From a virus: a stretch of DNA of 38,940 nucleotides. Where the stretch lies: IMG/VR virus record IMGVR_UViG_3300045988_115954; one strand, 5' to 3'. This document shows, in pieces, positions 8,624 to 15,997 of the stretch. A program made the translations under genes and the position numbers. Positions within the stretch are counted from its first letter, which is position 1. Each line of letters begins with the position of its first letter. The notes under the pieces were generated by a model that ran no database searches, was not told the origin of the DNA, and saw nothing but the letters and a program-made list of their open reading frames with translations.

Positions 8624-8734
8624 CGTGCAGCCATCCCATTCCTTAGTTGGTGCCACCGCCCGCCTCATGCGGCGAGGAGAGGCATATTGTGCAAATGTGA
8701 GAATCAAAAGTCACATTTTTGTTTGTTTCGTCAA

Positions 8735-8763
8735 TTGAAAATGCGAATTAAAAGGCATATAAT
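8735..8763 (+). promoter_or_regulatory. Sigma-A-type promoter TTGAAA-17-TATAAT
   Basis: Read directly. It lies 38 nt upstream of the 8802 ATG in an AT-rich intergenic stretch. Confidence 0.6.
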
Positions 8764-8801
8764 AATACTATCAAGATGGAAAATCCAAGGAGGTAAATGA
8801 T

Positions 8802-8990
8802 ATGAAGACAATTTATGATGGAAACGGATACTGGATTGAGCAGGACGAGGATGGCTGCGTTTATTTTAGCGATGAACAAACCTATCGAGCAGAACTGGCT
8901 CATTCTCTCAATGATTACAGCTATATCAAATACGACGAGAACAAGGGCTGGTGCTATAAAAACGGGCGTGAGCTCCCTTGGAAGGAGTAA
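8802..8990 (+). CDS. Small acidic protein (62 aa), opposite-sense moron
   Basis: Strong SD AAGGAGG. I counted 13 D/E against 7 K/R. No family recognised. Confidence 0.6.
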   Translation: MKTIYDGNGYWIEQDEDGCVYFSDEQTYRAELAHSLNDYSYIKYDENKGWCYKNGRELPWKE

Positions 8991-8992
8991 AT

Positions 8993-9199
8993 ATGACAGG
9001 GCCGGAATTTAAATCCATCAGAAAATCCGCCGGTCTGACCCAGCAGGCTCTTGGAGATATGGCCGGAACCAGCCGACGGTCTATTGCGAAATATGAGTCC
9101 GGAGAGATCGACCTCGGTCAGATCGAGGTTAAAACAGCCATCAGATTGGCCAATGCATTAAATATTCCAGTTGAACGATTTGGAGATTCCGCCCCCTAG
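8993..9199 (+). CDS. XRE-family helix-turn-helix (HTH) protein (68 aa)
   Basis: The sequence GLTQQALGDMAGTSRRSIAKYESGE is a classic XRE HTH. The ATG lies 2 nt after the upstream stop codon. Confidence 0.8.
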   Translation: MTGPEFKSIRKSAGLTQQALGDMAGTSRRSIAKYESGEIDLGQIEVKTAIRLANALNIPVERFGDSAP

Positions 9200-9212
9200 T
9201 GGGGCGGTTTTT
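9189..9212 (+). terminator. Intrinsic terminator
   Basis: A ccgcccc-ctagt-ggggcgg hairpin followed by TTTTT overlaps the stop codon of the HTH gene. Confidence 0.8.
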
Positions 9213-9436
9213 ATTTGCACTTCCCGATTATATTTTCACGCATTTTTGCTTTCCGTCTTTGTATGGAGCCGAGAGGCGGGCACCTCACTCTTTCCCAGTG
9301 CCTAGGCGCTCTCAGCAAAAGGAGAAAGAGATAGGGAGCACAGGGTATGCCCCCATGCTCCCATTGTCGCATAATATGAAGTTTCTCCTCCCACTTTTGT
9401 GGGCGGTTATCTTCTTTGTTTTGAGATGATTAAAGA

Positions 9437-9667
9437 TTAGATCCTGTGTACAAACGGGAAATTTGTCCTCCCCAACAAATAGTCTGTGCTGACCCCATAA
9501 TAGTCTGCAATCTTGTATAAGGCATCCATAGATGGTTCCACTTCTCCTCGTTCGTACCTCCTCAACATATCAGGATGAAGCCCCATCAGTTGTGATGTAA
9601 CTGTCATGCTCCTTACTGGCCGCATAGACTCTCTCATCCTCCTCAGCCTCTCCGGGAACTCGTTCAA
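9437..9667 (-). CDS. XRE-family HTH protein (76 aa), last gene of the early operon
   Basis: It ends with the typical KIADYYGVSTDYLLGR tail of XRE regulators. Confidence 0.75.
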   Translation of the reverse strand: MNEFPERLRRMRESMRPVRSMTVTSQLMGLHPDMLRRYERGEVEPSMDALYKIADYYGVSTDYLLGRTNFPFVHRI

Positions 9668-10026
9668 GGGCTATCCCTCCTCGTCCTGGGGGTATAGATT
9701 CGATTGGCAGTACTCTTCTCAGCTTTCCGCACATCACCCAGGAGTCGTTCAAGGCTCTTGATTGTTGGTCGGTTTTGGTCTATCCAATCAAGCACCGGGG
9801 CCGTCTCACTCATAGTGTCTTTTGCAGCCCGTCTTTTCTGGCGGACTCCTCTCAGCTCCTTCGATAGACGAGCAAAGTCGTGATAGTCATGATCCTGAAG
9901 CTCCAAGCTATGTAGGATATCCTGAGTCTCATTATTTGCTTCCTGCTCGTTCACTTCGGACATATGGTATCGTTGCTCGGTTTCTCGTAGATAGGAGAGA
10001 AATGTTTCTATTCCTTGGCTGGTCAA
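9664..10026 (-). CDS. Hypothetical protein
   Basis: 120 aa. A 4-nt overlap couples it to the downstream gene. Confidence 0.6.
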   Translation of the reverse strand: MTSQGIETFLSYLRETEQRYHMSEVNEQEANNETQDILHSLELQDHDYHDFARLSKELRGVRQKRRAAKDTMSETAPVLDWIDQNRPTIKSLERLLGDVRKAEKSTANRIYTPRTRRDSP

Positions 10027-10029
10027 AGG

Positions 10030-10440
10030 CTATCCCTCCTCACGCTGTCCGCCCTCCCCGTCGTGGATGGAGCTCTCCATCTCAATCAAAAACGCCGCGT
10101 TTGTAGCCAAATGCCACAGGTGAGGCAGGCCGCTTTCCTGATCGCACTTCTCACCCTTGAGATAGGCCAGCCAGTGCCGGTAGAGTGCGTCCCTGTAACG
10201 CTGCGGCTCCACTTGCCGCCAGTTCTCTGGGTCGTGATACTTTGCGTTCCCGTACATACGGACCGCCGTCACAGCGTCGATTAGACTAACAGGAGTAAGC
10301 GTGGGGCGAGGCTTCCCTGCGTCTGCTTTGGCTTGCTGGTCATCTTTTTCGATTGGCTTAAAATCTACGCATGGCCCGTTAATATATCCTGATGCCAAAC
10401 AATCTTTTGCTATCCGACAACTATTACACGGCTCTTTCAT
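10030..10440 (-). CDS. DUF5664-like protein (dATP/dGTP diphosphohydrolase N-terminal-domain-like)
   Basis: The stretch VRMYGNAKYHDPENWRQV...YRDALYRHWLAYLKGEKCDQESGLPHLWHLATNAAFLIE matches the KY..NW / RH / D.ESGL.HL.H pattern I recall for this phage family. Confidence 0.55.
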   Translation of the reverse strand: MKEPCNSCRIAKDCLASGYINGPCVDFKPIEKDDQQAKADAGKPRPTLTPVSLIDAVTAVRMYGNAKYHDPENWRQVEPQRYRDALYRHWLAYLKGEKCDQESGLPHLWHLATNAAFLIEMESSIHDGEGGQREEG

Positions 10441-10790
10441 TCCGCACCTCCGATGATCTCGTCAAGGGTGACGGATTCGTCAGGGTGAAGGGAGGGGAAC
10501 AAGTTCTCGCTGATATACAAATGGTCAAAAGTAAGGGTGCTGTATGGCTCTGTCATTGCTTTGTTATAACGCTCAATGACCCCATCCCGCCCAAACACAC
10601 GTCTGACGGCCTTTGCGTCCTCCACCTCCTGCTGCGTCCAGCGGGGCTTGTCTGAGAGGTTCCATTCGTCTACTGCATTCCCACATATTTTGTCAAGAGG
10701 ACACTGTTCGCAGGTAAGCCCTCTGTATGTAAGTTTGCTGCATTCTCCCATGCACTCTCCCAGCGTCCAGTCCTTCAACGGCTTGTCCAT
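10437..10790 (-). CDS. Hypothetical protein
   Basis: 117 aa. SD AGGAGGAGG. Confidence 0.6.
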   Translation of the reverse strand: MDKPLKDWTLGECMGECSKLTYRGLTCEQCPLDKICGNAVDEWNLSDKPRWTQQEVEDAKAVRRVFGRDGVIERYNKAMTEPYSTLTFDHLYISENLFPSLHPDESVTLDEIIGGAE

Positions 10791-10865
10791 GTTGACCTCC
10801 TCCTATTACAATGTATTTACGGTTGAAGGCACGGCAGCCAGCCGTGTCTTTTTCCGCATCGTTGC

Positions 10866-11300
10866 CTAAGCTGTTAGAATGAGAGAGTCTTGGCCTGATG
10901 TATACCTCCAAGGACCAGCGCGTCCGTGACGAAGTCCGTCAGCCGGCCTCTCATTCGCAGCGTTCGATTTATGCAGGTTGAGCCACCTCCTTGGTGCGCC
11001 CGTGTCATCAAATAGATTGGATCGGCAATGGTGGAATGGCTGGTCGCCAAAACAAATCCATGATGAGGAGCGATCAATATGAACAATGTGGCAGGGATCG
11101 ATGTTTCCAAAGGAAAGAGCATGGTATCCGTTCTCCGCCCTTTTGGAGAAGTGGTAGCAAAACCATTTTCTATTGGTCACACCGGCAGTGAACTCAAGGA
11201 GCTGGCAGACTACTTGAAAAGCCTGGACGGTGAGACACGAGTAGTCATGGAGCATACCGGACGGTACTATGAGCCGGTAGCCCGTTTTCTTCATACCATG
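10866..11300 (+). mobile_element. IS110-family insertion sequence remnant: the 5' non-coding leader plus the first ~73 codons of the transposase. The left boundary is uncertain.
   Basis: See the pseudogene entry below. About 210 nt of structured non-coding sequence precede the ATG. The element stops abruptly next to the 3' end of phage gene 11318-11590. Confidence 0.65.
11079..11300 (+). pseudogene. Truncated IS110-family (DEDD) transposase, N-terminal ~73 aa only
   Basis: The sequence MNNVAGIDVSKGKSMVSVLRPFGEVVAKPFSIGHTGSELKELADYLKSLDGETRVVMEHTGRYYEPVARFLH carries the GIDVSK and MEHTGRYYEP motifs of IS110 transposases. Intact proteins are about 350-450 aa. Confidence 0.75.
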
Positions 11301-11317
11301 TGCAGGTGGCGCAGCAC

Positions 11318-11590
11318 TTAGTCATGCTCGTCCTCCTTGTCCATGCGAGCGCCGCACCACGGGCAGAAAGTAGCGCCCTTGTCTCCATCGTCGCTGTACT
11401 CTTTGCACTCCGAACAATACGGGATTTTTCCAGGTTCAAAAATCCATCTTCCGTGCCTGACCTCCGCAACGTCGGCGGCGGCCTCTTTCAGCACAATATC
11501 AAACGTTGACCCAGGAAGAACATCAGCTCGCCTTTTTTCATCATACCCAAGGCTTTTTAAAATTGCCGCCCTCTCGATGTACTCCTTCAT
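11318..11590 (-). CDS. Hypothetical zinc-ribbon protein
   Basis: 90 aa. CSEC...CPWC motifs. Confidence 0.6.
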   Translation of the reverse strand: MKEYIERAAILKSLGYDEKRRADVLPGSTFDIVLKEAAADVAEVRHGRWIFEPGKIPYCSECKEYSDDGDKGATFCPWCGARMDKEDEHD

Positions 11591-11751
11591 TTGTTCGTCT
11601 CCTTCACAATGTAAAACGCAATTTGAATAAGTCCGATCCCAAAAATTAAAACAGCTGCTGACCAGTTAAGGGCGGTATTCCCATTCCCTTTTAGACCGAA
11701 ATAAACATTTAGTGCCGCTAGGAAGAAATTCACACCAGCGTAAAATATCAT
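11587..11751 (-). CDS. Small two-helix membrane protein (54 aa)
   Basis: Below the track cutoff. Sequence MIFYAGVNFFLAALNVYFGLKGNGNTALNWSAAVLIFGIGLIQIAFYIVKETNK. ATGA overlaps at both ends indicate translational coupling. Confidence 0.5.
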   Translation of the reverse strand: MIFYAGVNFFLAALNVYFGLKGNGNTALNWSAAVLIFGIGLIQIAFYIVKETNK

Positions 11752-12155
11752 TCTGAGCTTCCTCCTTTTTCATCCTGCTCCCTCCGTAGTGTGGCCTCGG
11801 CCTCTTCGTTGGTCAGCTTTTCTGCAACCGCATCCGCAATAAATCTTGTTACAGGGTTATTGTGATAAAAGCAGGTGTTCATAGCGGATTTTAGCGCGTT
11901 TTCTCCGTCTTTATCGGTGTACCCTCCGGCGGGCAACACCACGCACCGCCCCTCGTCATCGGCCCGCTTGAGTTCGCGGAGGCTGTCAAGGTCGTATTCG
12001 TCGCCCAGGATGTCCTCGATGGCTCCCAGTCGATCAACTAGTTTATCAAACTCTCCGCAGTCCTCGCAGGAGAAGTCCTCCTTGCAGCAATGCTCACTGC
12101 ACTTCATGTAAAAACCATCCTGTTTTTTGAAATGATGCTCAGTCAACCGCTCCAT
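11748..12155 (-). CDS. Hypothetical Cys-rich protein
   Basis: 135 aa from the ATG at 12155 (SD GAGGAGG), starting MERLTEHHFKKQDGFYMKCSEHCC. Confidence 0.6.
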   Translation of the reverse strand: MERLTEHHFKKQDGFYMKCSEHCCKEDFSCEDCGEFDKLVDRLGAIEDILGDEYDLDSLRELKRADDEGRCVVLPAGGYTDKDGENALKSAMNTCFYHNNPVTRFIADAVAEKLTNEEAEATLRREQDEKGGSSE

Positions 12156-12287
12156 GTCAGTCCTCCTCGTGCCAATTTTGTAATGCATGTTTTAGGGTTT
12201 CATTCTCCCGCTTCACCTGCTCCAGCTCAGAATGCGTCCCTGATTACCGATTTTCCAGGATACATCTCCCTGGCTGTCATCAGGATC

Positions 12288-12875
12288 TCAACCGCTTCTT
12301 CCAGCGTCATTGCAGATACCTCCCCACTGTTGAGCCATTGCCTGTGCCACTCCGGTATAGGTTTTGCTGCGCAGCTTCGCCCGCTCCGGCCCCGGCGGCA
12401 TCCGCCATACCCGTTGCTCCCGCCCATCAACAACATTTGTCGGTTTTAAGGGGGGCAGGCCTTTTAACCATAGACAGGTTGATTTCGTTTCGCCATGCCC
12501 AAACTGCCAGGGCTGGATAATCTGGTCCGGTTTTCGCCATTGAGTTGACATGATTCCAACCGGGTTTTCAATGGCAATACGGAGGCAATCTGCATTGGCA
12601 AACCGCATAAAGAAGTCTATGGCTCTCTGCTGCCTTCCGTCTGCACGCTTCTCCGCAAAATACCTGGCGCCGCTCACAGCCAGGTGAGTACACGGCGGGA
12701 ATGCCAGAATCATGTCCCACTGCATTTTCAGCAGATCCAGTGCGTCACACTGAATATGCCATTCCGGACGCCCCCCGGAACACGGCTCTATATCACAGCT
12801 GTATGCTTCATGCCCCAGCGCGCGGAATGCTTTGCACACCTCCTGAGACTCTTCACAAGCCACCAGCACTCTCAT
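12288..12875 (-). CDS. Short C5-cytosine-methyltransferase-like protein
   Basis: 195 aa with FPPCTHL (motif IV-like PC) and IENPVG (motif VI ENV-like). There is no obvious FxGxG SAM motif or target-recognition domain. Confidence 0.5.
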   Translation of the reverse strand: MRVLVACEESQEVCKAFRALGHEAYSCDIEPCSGGRPEWHIQCDALDLLKMQWDMILAFPPCTHLAVSGARYFAEKRADGRQQRAIDFFMRFANADCLRIAIENPVGIMSTQWRKPDQIIQPWQFGHGETKSTCLWLKGLPPLKPTNVVDGREQRVWRMPPGPERAKLRSKTYTGVAQAMAQQWGGICNDAGRSG

Positions 12876-12921
12876 AGCTTCGCCGCCTCTTGGTCTCCCA
12901 GAAGGGCCCTTTGCTCTAATT

Positions 12922-13272
12922 CTAGCATAACTTTCCCTTTCTCCTCAATATGGCCTTATATCTCCTCAGTGTGTCAATCGGCATACCGCCCATCCTCCGG
13001 CAGATATCCGCCTCTGTCATTCCGGCCCTGGTCAACAGCATCACCTTGTCGATATCATATTTGAGCCTTTGACCGCCTCTCTCTTCCGGGATATCACGCT
13101 TCGGCTCTGGGACATACTCCGGGCATGACCTGATGTAGTAGCTCTCTAGGTAGCTGCCCTGTCCAAGTTTTTTCGTTTTGTTGGCCCTCCAGCCCGGCAC
13201 CGTGGAGAAGCTGCGGCTCCAGGAGCACCCTCCGCATGCTTTCTGACAGGTCCAACATGGATTTTCATGCAT
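12922..13272 (-). CDS. Hypothetical protein with an N-terminal Cys cluster and a C-terminal HTH-like segment
   Basis: 116 aa. Motifs CWTCQKACGGCSW and GMTEADICRRMGGMPIDTLRRY. Confidence 0.55.
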   Translation of the reverse strand: MHENPCWTCQKACGGCSWSRSFSTVPGWRANKTKKLGQGSYLESYYIRSCPEYVPEPKRDIPEERGGQRLKYDIDKVMLLTRAGMTEADICRRMGGMPIDTLRRYKAILRRKGKLC

Positions 13273-13573
13273 GTCTTACCATCCCATCCAGAACATCCGA
13301 TAACATGTCAGCTGCCTCAAGGGTCCGCTCTTTCCTGTAGCGGTTTTGGGCGGCTTCGATATTTTTGCGGAGATCTGCGTGCCACCTTGCCAGCCTTTCT
13401 GTGCCCTCCGCCATTCTTTTTCTCCGGTCGTACTCATAGATCATGGCTCCTCTCTTTGCTATTTCCTGGTCAGCGGTGATCGCTCTTAGGCGGCGGCGCT
13501 CTTTAAGTGCTTCTAGACCCTCGCTTAGAACCATATCTTCCAGCGGGATCAATTCGTTTGTATCTGCTCTCAT
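13265..13573 (-). CDS. Hypothetical coiled-coil protein
   Basis: 102 aa. It overlaps the downstream start. Confidence 0.55.
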   Translation of the reverse strand: MRADTNELIPLEDMVLSEGLEALKERRRLRAITADQEIAKRGAMIYEYDRRKRMAEGTERLARWHADLRKNIEAAQNRYRKERTLEAADMLSDVLDGMVRHA

Positions 13574-13576
13574 CTT

Positions 13577-13990
13577 CTATTTCCACGCTCCAGCTTCTAT
13601 CAACGTTGCCCTCCACTCCGGAAGGGACATTCCTCGCTCTAATGCCTCTCGCATCGTTGGGAGGCCGCGCCTTTGCAGGTCCTCGTGCCACTGTTCCTGC
13701 CACCTGATCGACTGTTCCAGGCAACTTCTCTCCCATTCGCTCGGCGGCCTGGGCCTCCCCATTTTAGGTCCTCCATCGACCTTTGGGAGATATTTAGCGA
13801 TTTCTGATTGGTCTGGCATGAACTTCTTTTCCCTGGACCTCCTGATCACTGCATCCCTGACCTGCTCATAACTCCATGGCTTAAACACTTCATGCCAGAT
13901 GGCGACCGTCACTTTGTCTCTTGACTTTTTCTTCCCTTGGTAAAGATGCTCCAGTAGATTGAACAACTTTTCAACATCGTTGTATTCCAT
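13577..13990 (-). CDS. G39P-like replicative helicase loader/inhibitor-domain protein
   Basis: The sequence VTVAIWHEVFKPWSYEQVRDAVIRRSREKKFMPDQSEIAKYL fits the SPP1 G39P-type N-terminal pattern. It lies next to the initiator gene and the repeat region. Confidence 0.5.
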   Translation of the reverse strand: MEYNDVEKLFNLLEHLYQGKKKSRDKVTVAIWHEVFKPWSYEQVRDAVIRRSREKKFMPDQSEIAKYLPKVDGGPKMGRPRPPSEWERSCLEQSIRWQEQWHEDLQRRGLPTMREALERGMSLPEWRATLIEAGAWK

Positions 13991-14090
13991 CAGTTTTTTC
14001 TCCTAAATGGGTGGGGGCGGGCAGTTCTTGAGGTGCTTCCTCTTCTTCTATCGATAGACTTCCGGTAGAACGCCCCCCGTTAGAAGTAGG

Positions 14091-14188
14091 GACTATAGGT
14101 TTTAGAGTGCTACCTATCCTATTCCTATACCTATCCTATCCTATGTGTCATTTGCAGCACGCAAATGGGCATTTGCAAGCGACAAATG
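14091..14188. repeat. Iteron-like repeat cluster, candidate origin of replication
   Basis: Six CCTAT pentamers lie within 14113-14144. There are also 3-4 copies of CATTTGC/GCAAATG, including a 7-bp hairpin (14148-14166). The cluster sits in the 200-nt non-coding gap between the initiator-like and loader-like genes. Confidence 0.5.
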
Positions 14189-14192
14189 GCGG

Positions 14193-14630
14193 TCACTGCT
14201 CATTTTTGGGTACGAAAACCAGACCGGCGCTCTCGTCGGCATCCAAAAGCCAATAATCGGCTATGACAGACTTTACCCTCCGACGCCTCAGCGCCGGGAC
14301 AAAGCTCCGCTGAATACCCCTGCTCGTAAGTATTCCGTGCCCCTCGTACAGCATGCGGTCAAACAAGCCAATACGCAAGCACAGCCCGACAGTATCCTGT
14401 ACTGTCTTTGACCCAACTCCGCCGCCTATCCTTCTCGCGGTGCTCGCGGCATCATCGCAGGTCCATGGCAAAAAGTATCCGTGGAGCCCGAAAGCCCTTT
14501 GGCAAAGATAGAAGTAGATCGTAAATCCGGCCGCACCCTGGCCGTCGATCAGCTTGTCTATCTTTGGGTCTTCAAATACGTCCGCCGCCCATCCCGAGAA
14601 CTCGATGCCCTCCTTTGGGCGTCCCGCCAT
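14193..14630 (-). CDS. Lin1244/DUF4373-type replication initiation protein (DnaD-like)
   Basis: The sequence FEDPKIDKLIDGQGAAGFTIYFYLCQRAF fits the family N-terminus. Context is the replication module. Confidence 0.6.
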   Translation of the reverse strand: MAGRPKEGIEFSGWAADVFEDPKIDKLIDGQGAAGFTIYFYLCQRAFGLHGYFLPWTCDDAASTARRIGGGVGSKTVQDTVGLCLRIGLFDRMLYEGHGILTSRGIQRSFVPALRRRRVKSVIADYWLLDADESAGLVFVPKNEQ

Positions 14631-14681
14631 CCTATCACCTGCTTTCTATAGGGGGGCCAGAGCCATCCAGCCCCCCGCCAG

Positions 14682-15398
14682 TCACTTCTTTTCTTTTGGG
14701 CAAATCATCACGCTGACAGAGCTGCCCACCGCACATTGCGCCATCCGCTGAAAATCGCGCTCATCGGAACACGCATCGGAGAGATGCATTAGATAAACTT
14801 CCCTCAGTCGGCTCTTGTCCAACCGCTCCAGCCAGAGGTATGCCCGGACCACGGACATGTGGCTGTTTGTGATACGATGACGCACCTTTTCCGGCATCCG
14901 CTCCGCCCTGGATAGGATCTTCTCATCGTAGTTGCACTCGATCGCCGCTATGTTGACCCCGGGAAACTGATAGCCAAGATTTACAGTATCTGTAGCAAAT
15001 ACCAGCTTGTCTCCATCAACTTGGCTGCGGATCAGAAAGCCCATTGGCTCTGCCGCGTCGTGAAAGGTCGGGAAGGGAAGGACATCGAAGCTTCCTATCG
15101 TGACCTGCTCCCGGTCTTCCAATATCTCGAACAGGTCACACTCAAGGGCTTCCGCTGTCCCTCGGCTTGCATAGACCGGGATGCCGCTTTTGATGAGCTG
15201 TTCGTAGCATCCGGCGTGATCGTGATGTTCGTGTGAGATCAGACATCCAATGATGCCGGAAACTCCGAACCCGGTCAGGCGTTGAAGCTTTTTGTAACTC
15301 ACCCCGCACTCAATCAGGAGGCACGTCTTTCCATCATCCAAAAGGTATGCGTTTCCATGACTGGAGCTTGCCAGGGGGATAAACCTCAAATCGGGCAC
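14682..15398 (-). CDS. MBL-fold metallo-hydrolase (putative nuclease)
   Basis: The HEHHDH motif is present. I set the start at GTG 15398 after GGGGGA. The longer track ORF overlaps the upstream gene. Confidence 0.8.
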   Translation of the reverse strand: MPDLRFIPLASSSHGNAYLLDDGKTCLLIECGVSYKKLQRLTGFGVSGIIGCLISHEHHDHAGCYEQLIKSGIPVYASRGTAEALECDLFEILEDREQVTIGSFDVLPFPTFHDAAEPMGFLIRSQVDGDKLVFATDTVNLGYQFPGVNIAAIECNYDEKILSRAERMPEKVRHRITNSHMSVVRAYLWLERLDKSRLREVYLMHLSDACSDERDFQRMAQCAVGSSVSVMICPKEKK

Positions 15399-15997
15399 CC
15401 CCCATCCCCCTGGGGCCCGGACGTCTGTACGGGAAAATCGACCGGGTCCGTTGGGGTGTGGTCCTTCTGATATTGAGTAGACTTTTTGATCTTTTCCTGG
15501 ACCCAATCCGGGAGGGCGGAAAATTTCTCATCCGACCACTCGTCCATATTCCAGAGTATCGTGGGAGAGACTGCCTGCGGGGCCGGCATGCCTTTGGGGA
15601 GGGGGATCACGCTGTCCACGTTTGCGTATTCTCCTGTATCATTGAGGACAACATTGAGTTGGCAGGGCCTCCCGGCCTGTCCGAACAAATCAAGATCCTG
15701 GAACTGTTCATCACTGTACTGCACGCCGTTCCATCCGCCGAGGAATCCTCGAAGGTTGCTCTTTTTGCTGGCCGCAACACTGAAGGTCCTGGAGAGCTGC
15801 CGCGGCTTTTGCTCTCCATCCACCTCTACTGTTTCTCCGGCCAATTCCCAGACAAACTGGACTTCATTTCGGTAATTTTTGAACTTCTCGCTATACTGCT
15901 CTCCTAAGTCGATGACCCCCACACAGACTGCGAGATAAACGCCGGGCTCTACCGGGGGCAGTTTTGGCTTTGCTCTATCTTTGACCTTAAGCGCCAT
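15386..15997 (-). CDS. DUF669-like protein (putative ssDNA-binding/recombination accessory)
   Basis: 203 aa. The PGVYLAVCVGVIDLGEQ start and the synteny between the ATPase and MBL genes are typical of this module. Confidence 0.5.
   Translation of the reverse strand: MALKVKDRAKPKLPPVEPGVYLAVCVGVIDLGEQYSEKFKNYRNEVQFVWELAGETVEVDGEQKPRQLSRTFSVAASKKSNLRGFLGGWNGVQYSDEQFQDLDLFGQAGRPCQLNVVLNDTGEYANVDSVIPLPKGMPAPQAVSPTILWNMDEWSDEKFSALPDWVQEKIKKSTQYQKDHTPTDPVDFPVQTSGPQGDGGCPI

Noticed and set aside
9200-9436. 76-aa plus-strand ORF (9199-9429) and possible small RNA or terminators in the 237-nt gap after the HTH cassette
   Set aside because: The ORF has no SD and begins inside a terminator. I saw a gggagca...tgctccc hairpin and a weak TATAAT on the minus strand. 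I could not assemble a convincing promoter-plus-terminator unit.
10829-10853. Hairpin cacggc-agcca-gccgtg followed by TCTTTTT on the plus strand
   Set aside because: It looks like a plus-strand terminator, but there is no plus-strand gene or credible promoter upstream. It may belong to the IS remnant boundary or block antisense transcription. The evidence is insufficient to call.
10866-11294. 142-aa minus-strand ORF across the IS110 remnant
   Set aside because: It is antisense to a clearly recognisable transposase N-terminus and has no SD. It most likely exists only because the region is non-coding for the phage operon.
12156-12436. 69-aa minus-strand ORF overlapping the methyltransferase-like gene, and mini-ORFs in the 132-nt gap
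   Set aside because: The 69-aa ORF lies in another frame of a better-supported gene. The gap holds only 17-22-codon frames without an SD, possibly decayed remnants.
14113-14144. CCTAT repeat cluster as a possible CRISPR array or microsatellite
   Set aside because: The units are 5 nt with no spacers and there are no cas genes. Its position in the replication module fits iterons better.
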